Assembly: GCA_038891095.1 (NCBI GenBank)
Contig: JAWAEV010000014.1
Span: forward strand, 1 to 13,725
Direction: 5' to 3'
Length of the DNA stretch: 13,725 bases
DNA from: Candidatus Altiarchaeota archaeon
GTDB taxonomy: Archaea > Altiarchaeota > Altiarchaeia > IMC4 > QMZM01
The position numbers and the translations under genes are program-made. Under the pieces are notes generated by a model, which saw only the letters and a program-made list of their open reading frames with translations, did no database searches and was not told where the DNA came from. Below, in pieces: positions 1 to 8,795 of this stretch (positions are counted from its first letter, which is position 1; the number at the start of each line of letters is the position of its first letter).

Positions 1-41
1 ATGATATTAAAATACTTACTAATGAAATAAGCAGAAGGTAG
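1..41 (+). CDS. possible 3' end of an upstream gene (..DIKILTNEISRR*)
   Basis: Frame open from the window edge (codons from position 3) to TAG at 39-41, followed by AT-rich intergenic DNA. Too short to identify. Confidence 0.3.
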   Translation, partial: DIKILTNEISRR

Positions 42-170
42 ATAAAATCCATTTTATAAATATGTGTGATAAATTAGAAAACAATTTAAATATATAAATG
101 ATCTCACTCTGTGAACTACAGTCTGGGTAGTATTAAATTTCCATATTTTTAATCATATAGAACGAAATTT

Positions 171-178
171 GGTAGGAG
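171..178 (+). promoter_or_regulatory. possible Shine-Dalgarno site
   Basis: GGTAGGAG ends 11 nt upstream of the ATG at 190. Confidence 0.3.
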
Positions 179-189
179 CATAAACAAAC

Positions 190-450
190 ATGTCATCATA
201 CGACTTTGAAGTTCAAAGAATTTTAGATGAAATTAAAAAGAGTAAAGCAGAACTTGTTGGCTTGCAGTTTCCTGAAGGCCTAAAGCAATATGCTGTTGAA
301 ATTGCAAATGAAATTGAGAAAAAAACAAATGCAAAAGTAGTGATTTTCATTGGGCCCACATATGGTGCTTGTGATTTAAAATTAGACACTGGGAAAAAAC
401 TAAAGCTTGATATGATAATTCATTTTGGGCATAATAAATTTAATCCATAG
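190..450 (+). CDS. dph2: diphthamide synthesis Dph2 (Dph1/Dph2 family), N-terminal domain only, 86 aa
   Basis: Motifs VGLQFPEGLK, YGACD (first Fe-S Cys) and IIHFGH. The ORF stops 5 aa after HFGH and overlaps the convergent MFS gene by 11 bp. Confidence 0.85.
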   Translation: MSSYDFEVQRILDEIKKSKAELVGLQFPEGLKQYAVEIANEIEKKTNAKVVIFIGPTYGACDLKLDTGKKLKLDMIIHFGHNKFNP

Positions 451-1651
451 TTCCTTTCATAATTAAAAAAATTATAAAAGCAGAGAGTTGCGTTATAACA
501 ACAAAAATTAATAAAAAAGGGAACGATAGGTCATACAAAAAACCAATAATTGCTCCACTAAGAAAAGTAGCAATTCCGTAAATTGTTGTAAAAATTCCAT
601 ATGCTGTGCCTCTTATACCCATAGAAGAGATATCTGCTATTGCTGCTCTCATTATTGTTTCATGAGCACCTAAAGCAATACCCCAGAGGAATACTCCTAA
701 AAATATAAAGCTAATGTTTTCAGAAAAAATGAAAAAAGGGACTAACAAAGTCGTTATTGGAATAAATATTAAAGTTAATAATCCTGCTTTCTCATTCTTT
801 CTCTTCTCTTTCAAAAAATCATAAAATTTTCCTATTGATATAGCAGTGAGAGCATCAATTATCATTGCTATTCCGTAGAAAAAAGGTATTTCTGCATCTG
901 ATAAAACATTTTTTATTTTAAAGTGATATCCAAAAATTGCAAAACTTATGAAGCCAATAGTTGTCATAAATGTAAAGACAAGATAATAGAAAAAAATTTT
1001 TGGAAGCTTATTTGGAGTTTTATCTTCTCTATCTTCTGCACTAATCTTTTCATCTTTTTGTAAATTTCTATAAAGAAAGAATGCTACAAAAAGTATTATC
1101 ATCAAGGCTATGAATGGCAACCAAAGCAGATTATAAGCATTTTTATATTCTACAACATTTTTTGAACCTCCTGCATTTATAAGAAAGAAAAAGGTGATTA
1201 ACAAAGGTCCTAAAAGTGCACCAATTTGGTCAAGAAATTCATGAATTCCAAAGCCAATTCCAGTTCCAAGAGTTTTTGCTGCATTTGAAATTAATGTATC
1301 TCTTGCAGGTGTTCTAATCGCTTTTCCAATTCTTTCAGAAATTATCAAAAAAGCAGCAATTTGCCATATTCCTGCAAGTGCTAGTAAAGGTATGCTCACA
1401 AGTAGGGCATAACCAAAAATTGTAAAAAACCAATAAGCTCTTGATTTATCAGAAAAATATCCTGAGAGCAATCTGAGACCATAACCAAAAAATTCTCCAA
1501 AACCAACAATTAAACCAACTAAGGCAGCATTTGCTCCAAGTATTTGTAAGTATTGACCATTAATGCTTCTTGCAGCCTCATAAACAATATCACCAAATAA
1601 ACTAATTAAACCAAAGAGTATTAGTAATTTTAAAGCTTCATTTTTTTTCAA
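440..1651 (-). CDS. MFS transporter
   Basis: 403 aa with about 12 hydrophobic segments. Motif A-like GYFSDKSR, plus ERIGKAIRTPARD and RGTAYGIF. Confidence 0.9.
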   Translation of the reverse strand: MKKNEALKLLILFGLISLFGDIVYEAARSINGQYLQILGANAALVGLIVGFGEFFGYGLRLLSGYFSDKSRAYWFFTIFGYALLVSIPLLALAGIWQIAAFLIISERIGKAIRTPARDTLISNAAKTLGTGIGFGIHEFLDQIGALLGPLLITFFFLINAGGSKNVVEYKNAYNLLWLPFIALMIILFVAFFLYRNLQKDEKISAEDREDKTPNKLPKIFFYYLVFTFMTTIGFISFAIFGYHFKIKNVLSDAEIPFFYGIAMIIDALTAISIGKFYDFLKEKRKNEKAGLLTLIFIPITTLLVPFFIFSENISFIFLGVFLWGIALGAHETIMRAAIADISSMGIRGTAYGIFTTIYGIATFLSGAIIGFLYDLSFPFLLIFVVITQLSAFIIFLIMKGTMD

Positions 1652-2609
1652 TTTTTAAATTTTTAACTTTCAATTTTTTAGAAATTTTTTCAATCATGTC
1701 TTTAGTCATTCTTTCTAAATCATATTCTGGTTTCCAACCCCATTCTTCTCTTGCTGCAGTGTCATCTATTGATTTTGGCCAAGAATCTGCAATTTTCTGT
1801 CTAAAATCTGGCTTATATTCACAATGAAATTCTGGAATGTATTTCTTTATCTCAAAAACTAATTCTTTTGGAGAAAAACTCATTGCTGCTAAATTGAAAT
1901 CACAATGATGCTTTAATTTTGAAATTTCCGCCTCTGAGAGTTTTATAAGAGCATTTATGGCATCAGGCATGTACATCATTGGTAAAGTAGTATCCTCTCT
2001 GAGATAACAGGTATATTTCTTATGTTTTATTGCCTCATAAAAAATTTCAACTGCATAATCAGTTGTGCCTCCACCAGGCATTGCCTCACTACTTATAATT
2101 CCTGGAAACCTAACACCACGAACATCCAAACCATATTTGTGAAAGTAATAATTTCCAAGAAGCTCACCTGAGACTTTTGTTATACCATACATTGTTGTTG
2201 GCCGCATTATAGTTTCATTTGGAGTTTTTTCCTTTGGAGTTTCCATTCCAAAGGCAGCAATTGAACTTGGCCATATTATCTGTCTTAATTTATGAATTCT
2301 TCCAACTTCTAAAATATTGTAAAGTCCAATTAAATTTACTTCAAATGCCAATTGTGGATTTTTCTCACCATTTGCAGAAAGCAGTGAAGCAAGATGATAA
2401 ATTCTTGTTATGTCATTTTCTGAAACAATCTGCTCAATTGCTTCTTTATCAGTGACATCTAACTCCTGAAACTCCAAGCCAAAGTCATAAGTTGGTTTTC
2501 TTATATCAGAAATTATAACAGCATCTTGGCCATATTTTTTCTTAAGCACAGGTGCTAATTCAGAACCAATTTGTCCAGAGGCGCCAGTTATGAGAATTTT
2601 TTCTGCCAT
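1638..2609 (-). CDS. tdh: L-threonine 3-dehydrogenase, extended SDR (GalE-like) type
   Basis: Rossmann GASGQIG, catalytic YGITK (YxxxK), PSSIAAFG, subfamily signature PGGGTTDYAVEIF and RQKIADSWP. Overlaps the MFS start by 14 bp. Confidence 0.85.
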   Translation of the reverse strand: MAEKILITGASGQIGSELAPVLKKKYGQDAVIISDIRKPTYDFGLEFQELDVTDKEAIEQIVSENDITRIYHLASLLSANGEKNPQLAFEVNLIGLYNILEVGRIHKLRQIIWPSSIAAFGMETPKEKTPNETIMRPTTMYGITKVSGELLGNYYFHKYGLDVRGVRFPGIISSEAMPGGGTTDYAVEIFYEAIKHKKYTCYLREDTTLPMMYMPDAINALIKLSEAEISKLKHHCDFNLAAMSFSPKELVFEIKKYIPEFHCEYKPDFRQKIADSWPKSIDDTAAREEWGWKPEYDLERMTKDMIEKISKKLKVKNLKIEKK

Positions 2610-2640
2610 TTTAATTTACTTATTTTTATTTATGAAAACA

Positions 2641-2981
2641 TTAAGAAAAATCACTTTTTGTGGTTTTTCTTTTATTATTAATTTTTTCAAGAAGTAAAAG
2701 TGCTATTTTTTCCGCTTTTTCAGGAGCTATGCCATCAATGTGTGCATTTAGTATAGAGCGAACTGTAACAGTTGAAACATACAAGTCTCTGAGATTAAAT
2801 ATCCTATCAAGAATATCCTGATCGATGAAAATATCCTGGGAGGTACTCCGCCTACTGAGATATCGCCCATATAAATCTCAGAACTATCTGGAAGACTACC
2901 TTGAAAAAAAGCGAAGATTACACTACAGAATATCAAAACGAGAGCAAAAACTGTAAAAATTACAATGATGGGAATCTTCAT
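2641..2981 (-). pseudogene. frameshifted, internally deleted PH-domain (bPH_2 / YdbS-YdbT-like) membrane protein
   Basis: ATG 2981 opens a TM segment (MKIPIIVIFTVFALVLIFCSVIFAFF). The -1 frame is open 2877-2641 with no ATG and reads QDIFIDQDILDRIFNLRDLYVSTVTVRSILNAHIDGIAPEKAEKIALLLLEKINNK.., matching the bPH_2 pattern IQxVxxxQxxxxRxFxLxxxxIxT...IxG. Confidence 0.7.
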
Positions 2982-3056
2982 TTTTTCAGTTTATACTTTA
3001 TCATCCAAGTTTAAAATTATTTCTCTTTTTCTTATCTTTTGCATAAATATTTATAT

Positions 3057-4718
3057 ATGGAATTTTCAGAACTTGTGAAGGTTTATGAACAATTGGAGAA
3101 AATTTCTAGCAGAATAGAGATGACTCAGATAGTTGCAGATTTTCTTGGAAAGGTTCATGAGGATGAATTTAAAATTGTAATTCCTTTTCTTCAAGGTAGA
3201 ATTTTTCCTGAATGGAGTGAGGAAGAAATTGGAATTGGAAATAAACTTGTTATAAAGGCAATCTCAAAAATTTCTGGTGTTAGCGAAACAGAAATTGAGA
3301 ATAAAATTAGGGAAACAGGTGACACTGGAGTTGCTGCCCAGTTTTTGCTCTCTAAAAAAGCACAAATGACTTTGTTTAGAGAAAAACTTTCAGTAGAGAA
3401 GGTTTATGAAAATTTAAATAAATTAGCAAAACTTTCTGGCCAAGGCTCACAAGAGAAAAAACTGCTATATATCTCAGAACTTCTATCATTTGCAGAGCCT
3501 TTAGAAGCTAAGTACATTACAAGAATAATTCTCGAAGAACTCCGCTTAGGTGTTGGTGAAGGTATAATAAGAGATGCAATTGCACAGAAATTTAATGTTT
3601 CTCCAGCCTTAGTTGAGCGTGCTTTTTATCTCATAACTGACTTAGGCGAAGTTGCAAGAATTGCAAAAATTCAAGGCGATTCTGGTTTGAAGAAAATTGA
3701 AATCACTCCAGGTAGACCAATAAGTGTTATGTTAGCTCAAAAGTTGAACTCAATTGGAGAAGCACTTGAGGAAATTGAAAATGTTGCATTCGAGATTAAA
3801 TATGATGGTGCGAGAATACAAATTCATAAGGAGGGGGAGAGAATAAAGTTATTCACTCGCCGCTTGGAAGATGTCACAAAACAATTTCCAGAGATAGTTG
3901 ATGCTGCAAGAAAAAATATAAGTGCAAATACAACAGTAATTGAAGGCGAATTAGTTGCGATAAAATCTTTTACTGACAGGCATCCAAGACCATTTCAAGA
4001 ACTTTCAAGAAGGATAAAAAGAAAGTATGACATAGCGGAAATGATAGAAAGAATTCCTGTTGAGATAAATCTTTTTGATATAACTTTTCTAAATGGCAAG
4101 AGTTTAATTGAAAAAAAATTTTCGGAGAGGAGGAAAATTCTTGAAAAAATTGTAAAAGAAAGTGAAAATTTCTTACTTGCAAAGCAGTTAATCACAAGGG
4201 ACATAAAAAAAGCAAATGAATTTTATGAAGAAGCATTAAGGTTAGGACATGAAGGAGTTATGGCAAAAAATTTAGATGCTCCTTATCAGCCAGGCTCAAG
4301 AGTTGGCTATATGTATAAGATAAAACCAATAATGGAAACTTTAGATTTAGTAATTGTTGGTGCAACATGGGGCGAAGGTAGAAGAGCTCATTGGCTTGGC
4401 TCTTTTTTGCTTGCTGTTCTTGATAAGGCAACAGGAAAATTTTTAACTATTGGCAGAATGGCCACTGGATTTACAGACGAGCAATTACAAGAGATTACTG
4501 AGTTATTAAAAGATGATATCTATGAACAAATTGGAAAAGAAGTCAAGTTAAAGCCTAAAAAAGTTGTTGAGGTTGCATATGAAGAAATTCAGCGCTCTCC
4601 AACTTATGAGTCAGGTTATGCTCTTCGCTTTCCAAGATTAGTAAGAATAAGGGATGATAAGAGAGTTGAAGATGCTGACACAATTGATAGAGTTGAAGAA
4701 ATATTGAGCAAAGGTTAA
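3057..4718 (+). CDS. lig: ATP-dependent DNA ligase (archaeal type)
   Basis: Motif I EIKYDG, plus IEGE, LFDI, EGVMAK, KIKPIMETLDLVIVG and LRFPRLVRIRDDK. ATG 3057 (MEFSEL) is preferred over the TTG at 3039. Confidence 0.97.
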   Translation: MEFSELVKVYEQLEKISSRIEMTQIVADFLGKVHEDEFKIVIPFLQGRIFPEWSEEEIGIGNKLVIKAISKISGVSETEIENKIRETGDTGVAAQFLLSKKAQMTLFREKLSVEKVYENLNKLAKLSGQGSQEKKLLYISELLSFAEPLEAKYITRIILEELRLGVGEGIIRDAIAQKFNVSPALVERAFYLITDLGEVARIAKIQGDSGLKKIEITPGRPISVMLAQKLNSIGEALEEIENVAFEIKYDGARIQIHKEGERIKLFTRRLEDVTKQFPEIVDAARKNISANTTVIEGELVAIKSFTDRHPRPFQELSRRIKRKYDIAEMIERIPVEINLFDITFLNGKSLIEKKFSERRKILEKIVKESENFLLAKQLITRDIKKANEFYEEALRLGHEGVMAKNLDAPYQPGSRVGYMYKIKPIMETLDLVIVGATWGEGRRAHWLGSFLLAVLDKATGKFLTIGRMATGFTDEQLQEITELLKDDIYEQIGKEVKLKPKKVVEVAYEEIQRSPTYESGYALRFPRLVRIRDDKRVEDADTIDRVEEILSKG

Positions 4719-4719
4719 A

Positions 4720-5145
4720 ATGCAAAATTTAAAAAATTTAAGAAATTTTCTGTTTTTTGGAGTATTGCTATTCTTATCTTCCTGTGTTGAGAACTCTGAC
4801 AATAAATTTAAAGAAGAAAATTTAAGTCTCCTCATAATTAAAGATAAGGAGATTTATCACTCCAATGATAAAATTAATCTTTCTGTGAAAATTGAAAGTT
4901 CAATTTTTATTGGAGATGTTAACCTAAAAATTTATGGGATCTATGCGAAGGGGAATTATAAAATTGAAAGTTTAAAGAACATTATTATTTACCCTGGAAA
5001 AAGGGAAATTTCATTTGAATTTACAGTTCCTGAATGTTATAGCTGTGCAGGAATTTTACCTGGAGTTTATAATTTAACTGCAGAGTTAGTTAAGGGAGAG
5101 AAAACTCTAAAGAGAGAAACAATAGATTTAAGGATAGAACAATAA
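4720..5145 (+). CDS. putative lipoprotein with an Ig-like beta domain and CxxC motif
   Basis: Basic N-terminus, hydrophobic stretch and lipobox-like LSSC. Beta-strand-rich body with PECYSCAG. Starts 1 nt after the lig stop. Confidence 0.7.
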   Translation: MQNLKNLRNFLFFGVLLFLSSCVENSDNKFKEENLSLLIIKDKEIYHSNDKINLSVKIESSIFIGDVNLKIYGIYAKGNYKIESLKNIIIYPGKREISFEFTVPECYSCAGILPGVYNLTAELVKGEKTLKRETIDLRIEQ

Positions 5146-5505
5146 CTATTCTCTTACAGGTATGGCAAGTATATTACCAACTTGCCCTGGACGAGAAGTA
5201 ACCTTTGCTTTTATTTCTTGCCCATCAGGTGTTTTAACTTTTAATATTGCACCCTTTGTTATGATATTTCTCCTTGTGAGATCCCTACCCGCAGGATTCA
5301 AAACAACAGTCAAAATTTCACATTTAATATATTTCCCATCTGAAAGAACATGAGCATATTTATCAGAGAGCAATTTTATCTTAGCACCGCCACCTTTTGT
5401 TCTTACCTTTTTTACTTTTCTTTCTTCAATTTTTGTTTCTGCTGGCTCTCTCCCAAGGTCATACTTTCTTTTTTTTCTAAACCTTATTTTTTCTTTGTGG
5501 TACAT
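5146..5505 (-). CDS. rps8e: 30S ribosomal protein eS8 (S8e)
   Basis: KKRKYDLGREP, VRTKGG, NPA..TRRNIITKGAI and AKVTSRPGQVG. Confidence 0.95.
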   Translation of the reverse strand: MYHKEKIRFRKKRKYDLGREPAETKIEERKVKKVRTKGGGAKIKLLSDKYAHVLSDGKYIKCEILTVVLNPAGRDLTRRNIITKGAILKVKTPDGQEIKAKVTSRPGQVGNILAIPVRE

Positions 5506-5550
5506 TTTTATATCAATGAGTTTATTTGGAGTTTATTTGTTATTAATAAC

Positions 5551-5558
5551 TATATAAA
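5551..5558. promoter_or_regulatory. candidate TATA box in the divergent rps8e / nitroreductase intergenic region
   Basis: TATATAAA on + (TTTATATA on -) between divergent starts at 5505 and 5592. The AT-rich background makes this weak. Confidence 0.3.
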
Positions 5559-5591
5559 TTAAAAAATTGAAATTATGTAAATAACATTAAA

Positions 5592-6191
5592 ATGCAATTT
5601 GGCAAAAGTAAAATACAAAAAAGGGGAAAATTTAAAACTTATGAGTTAATTCTTAGTAGAAGAAGTATAAGGAAGTTTCAGCAAAGAAAGATAAGTAAGA
5701 AAATCCTCTTAGATTGCGTGAATGCAGCGAGACTTGCACCTTCTTCAAAGAATATGCAACCTTTGGAATACATAATAATAACAAAAAACATTGAAGAAAT
5801 TTTTTCTTGCATAAAGTGGGCATATTATCTTGAGGATGGTGCTCCAAGAGATGGTGAAAAACCAAAAGCATATATAGCAATTCTTTTGAACAGAAGTATT
5901 AATGAGCCGAAACATGATGTTGGATTAGCAGCAGAGAATATTGTTCTGACAGCGTTAGAGCGCAATGTTGCTAGTTGTATACTTGCAAATATTGACAGAG
6001 AGAAGTTAAGGAAAATTTTAAATGTTCCTGAAAATTACAGCATTGAACTTTTGATAGCTTTAGGATATGGAAAGCAAACTGCTGTTGTTGATAAATTTGA
6101 GGGAGACCACAAATATTGGATTGACAAGGAAGGCATTTTACATGTACCAAAAAGGAGTTTAAAAGAGATAGTGCATAAGGAAAAATTCTAA
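5592..6191 (+). CDS. nitroreductase family flavoprotein
   Basis: RRSIRKF, AARLAPSSKNMQP, DVGLAAENIVLTA, IALGY and VPKRSLKEIVH. Confidence 0.92.
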   Translation: MQFGKSKIQKRGKFKTYELILSRRSIRKFQQRKISKKILLDCVNAARLAPSSKNMQPLEYIIITKNIEEIFSCIKWAYYLEDGAPRDGEKPKAYIAILLNRSINEPKHDVGLAAENIVLTALERNVASCILANIDREKLRKILNVPENYSIELLIALGYGKQTAVVDKFEGDHKYWIDKEGILHVPKRSLKEIVHKEKF

Positions 6192-6261
6192 ATTGATTTA
6201 AATTTTATTTTATATGTATTCATTTCCATTATTACAAAGTTTATAAAAAATTTATAGGAAA

Positions 6262-6789
6262 ATGGGACTAAGACCTGCACATTGCTATAGGTGGGACTCA
6301 CCAGCATATACGAGAATATCAAACAACCCAAAGGATGCCTTCATTGTAGGTGTTCCTGGATCAAGACTTACAAGGCTCGAGATGGGCAATCCAAAGGGAA
6401 ATTTTGATGTTGAAATTTCAATTGTCTCAGAGCAAAATTTTTTAATAAGAAGCAATGCTCTTGAAGCTGCGAGAAAAGCAATTAACAAAGTTCTTGAGGA
6501 TAAAGTAGGCTCATCTAACTATAAATTCTTAATTCGTGCTTATCCACATCATGTTTTAAGGGAGAATATAATGGCTACAGGTGCTGGAGCTGATAGAGTT
6601 CAATCGGGAATGAGAGCATCATTTGGAAAACCAATTGGCACTGCTGCGAGGGTTAAGAAAGGTAGAACAATTATATCAGTCTATGTGAAGAATAATGAAG
6701 AAACTATAAAAAATGTAAAGGAAGCACTTAAAAAAGGTCTTGATAAGTTGCCAGGAAAGACAAAAATAGCTGTGAGAAATATAAAGTAA
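6262..6789 (+). CDS. rpl10e: 50S ribosomal protein uL16 (L10e)
   Basis: RPAHCYR, NALEAAR and YPHHVLRENIMATGAGADRVQSGMRASFGKPIGTAARV. Confidence 0.97.
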   Translation: MGLRPAHCYRWDSPAYTRISNNPKDAFIVGVPGSRLTRLEMGNPKGNFDVEISIVSEQNFLIRSNALEAARKAINKVLEDKVGSSNYKFLIRAYPHHVLRENIMATGAGADRVQSGMRASFGKPIGTAARVKKGRTIISVYVKNNEETIKNVKEALKKGLDKLPGKTKIAVRNIK

Positions 6790-6790
6790 A

Positions 6791-7060
6791 ATGGAATTGA
6801 ATGTTGTTGTTAAAGTTGAAATTTTACCTAAGGAAATTTCTTCTGATCTTGAAAAAATTCAAAAAAATCTTGCTGAGATAGTTTCTGAGTATGGAAAAAT
6901 TCATAGCTCAGAGATTAAGCCAATTGCATTTGGGCTAAATTCTTTGCATGCTACCTTGCTCTTAAATGACAAAAAAGGTGGCATTGAAAAAATTGAAGAA
7001 AAACTCCTTAACTTAGAGGATGTTTCTGAAGTTAGAGTTAATGAAATTTCTCTAATCTGA
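6791..7060 (+). CDS. ef1b: translation elongation factor 1-beta (archaeal)
   Basis: 89 aa, with V.ILP at the N-terminus, the PIAFGL signature and terminal VSEVRVNEISLI. Confidence 0.93.
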   Translation: MELNVVVKVEILPKEISSDLEKIQKNLAEIVSEYGKIHSSEIKPIAFGLNSLHATLLLNDKKGGIEKIEEKLLNLEDVSEVRVNEISLI

Positions 7061-7090
7061 ACTTTTTATTTATGTCCTTTAATTTATAAT

Positions 7091-8794
7091 ATGAAAAAAG
7101 ATAAAAAAACTTTTGATAAAAATTTTGAGAAAAAAGAAAATTTCCAAAGATACTTACCATTGACAGTTCTTCTTCTTATAACCCTTCTTGGCTTTTATAT
7201 AAGAATCTACCATTTGGATTACCCGGTTATAGGCTATCATAATTGGAAATCTGTCCATTATTTAAGTGAAGCAAGAAATTTTGTAAGAGAGGGTTTCTTT
7301 TCTAAGGGATTTTTTGTTCCCATGAATGATTATCCGCCTATGGATACAGATCCTTCTGGAGCTCATTCTGACACTTTCCCATTAACTCCGATAATAATTG
7401 CGGTAGCATTTAAAATTTTTAGCTTTGAATTGTGGATTGCCAGACTGGTTACTATAATTTTTGTTGTTGCTACTATTCCATTAATGTATTTAATTTCAAA
7501 ACAAATTTTCAAAAGAGAAGATTTTGCTTTAGTTTCTGCTTTTTTAACAGCTATATTACCATTAACTTCTTTTTATCCACACAGTGTTGAGCTTTCTAAC
7601 CATGCTCTCTTCTTCTTTATTTTATCAATTTATGCATTTTTAAAATGGAGAAATGAAAATAAAGGCCATTTTTTAATTTTAGCATCTCTATCTTTCGTTC
7701 TATCTGCATTAACAAAATATGATTTCCTAATTATGGGTTTACTATTCACTTTGCTTTTCCCATTTGAGAGGATAAAGATTGAAGAAATTAAAAAGTCATT
7801 CAAGCTTTATCTTCTCTCCATTTTGATTTTACTTCTTTTTCCTGCATGGTACTATTATTCGAATGAAATTGTTGCCCCTAAGTATAAATCAGCACCTGTC
7901 GCAAGCCCAGAAAAAGTAAACTACTTGCAAATTTTAAATCCATCTGAATGGAAGTTTATAAACTCTTACATTGAAGAATGTTTTACCTTTATAGGTTTAT
8001 CTCTCGCATTTTTAGGTGTTTTCTTTTCTGTGCTATCTTTTATAAAATCAAGGAAATTTGAAGATAAATTTCTTGTGTCATTATTTATTGCATCGATAGC
8101 TTTCTTTATTTTAATGTTCTTTAAGATAAAGGGGCATAGCTATCATATGTACCCTTTAGCTCCACTCTTTGCAATTTCAATTTCTTATTTTATAATTAAG
8201 GTTGCAGACTTCTCAAAAAAAATGAAAGTTGAAGGTAAAGGTGTTCCATACTTAAATTTTTTTGTTATTATTATCATTTTATTAATTTTATTCTTTCCGA
8301 TGCAAGAAGCTACTGCAAGACAGTTTGATACACAATTTTTTGGTTTGGATGTTGCTGGCGAATATGTAAAAGAGAATAAAAAGCCTGGAGAAAGAATAAT
8401 TCATTCAACACATCAAGCTTATGGTATCTTGTGGCATGCCGATGCAAAAGGCACAAGAGGAATCCCTGAAACTGTTGAGAAGATAAAATTTGCAGAGGAA
8501 AATTTAAATGCAACTTGGCTTTTCATTTACAATTGGGATATGGAAATTAAAAGCAATAAAATAAAACTTTCTGGAGATGAATCACGCTGGCAATATATAA
8601 AGGAGAATTATGCTCTAAAACAATTTGCTTTTATTCAAACACAACAAGGAATTCAGCCAATTTATATGCTTTTTAGGAAAGGTGGTAGTTATGATGATGA
8701 AAAATTGAATACAATGTTGCAAGGTAGGCAGATATTCAAAAAGGATTATGAACTTACAAAAGGAAAAGTTAGACTAAGCTATATAAATTTTTAA
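7091..8794 (+). CDS. GT-C fold membrane glycosyltransferase (ArnT/PMT, GT39/GT83-like)
   Basis: Polytopic membrane protein. First TM followed by GFYIRIYHLD, then FPLTP..IARLVTIIF, ALVSAFLTAILP, LTKY and a soluble C-terminal domain. Confidence 0.8.
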   Translation: MKKDKKTFDKNFEKKENFQRYLPLTVLLLITLLGFYIRIYHLDYPVIGYHNWKSVHYLSEARNFVREGFFSKGFFVPMNDYPPMDTDPSGAHSDTFPLTPIIIAVAFKIFSFELWIARLVTIIFVVATIPLMYLISKQIFKREDFALVSAFLTAILPLTSFYPHSVELSNHALFFFILSIYAFLKWRNENKGHFLILASLSFVLSALTKYDFLIMGLLFTLLFPFERIKIEEIKKSFKLYLLSILILLLFPAWYYYSNEIVAPKYKSAPVASPEKVNYLQILNPSEWKFINSYIEECFTFIGLSLAFLGVFFSVLSFIKSRKFEDKFLVSLFIASIAFFILMFFKIKGHSYHMYPLAPLFAISISYFIIKVADFSKKMKVEGKGVPYLNFFVIIIILLILFFPMQEATARQFDTQFFGLDVAGEYVKENKKPGERIIHSTHQAYGILWHADAKGTRGIPETVEKIKFAEENLNATWLFIYNWDMEIKSNKIKLSGDESRWQYIKENYALKQFAFIQTQQGIQPIYMLFRKGGSYDDEKLNTMLQGRQIFKKDYELTKGKVRLSYINF

Positions 8795-8795
8795 A

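Noticed and set aside
97-135. Possible C/D-box sRNA or structured RNA (ATGATC.., short hairpins TCAC/GTGA and ACTAC/GTAGT)
   Set aside because: No canonical RTGATGA box C or CTGA box D; stems are only 4-5 bp.
2761-2837. Three AATATCCT copies (2798, 2812, 2830) and the near-palindrome AACTGTAACAGTT as an operator array
   Set aside because: Irregular spacing; explained by the QDI/DRI and TVTV codons of the PH-domain frame on the minus strand.
2878-2912. Programmed -1 frameshift at the T-run (A-run on +) to rescue the PH-domain gene
   Set aside because: A -1 shift there hits TAG within a few codons and lies upstream of the TGA at 2880-2878.
3057-4718. Intein or extra domain in the DNA ligase
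   Set aside because: Length (553 aa) and motif spacing are standard; no intein signatures seen.
2219-8513. Short ORFs 2219-2455, 3970-4182, 3995-4204, 4638-4835, 5162-5353, 5350-5562, 5653-5880, 6285-6488 and 8310-8513
   Set aside because: Antisense shadows of well-supported genes, with no recognisable motifs.
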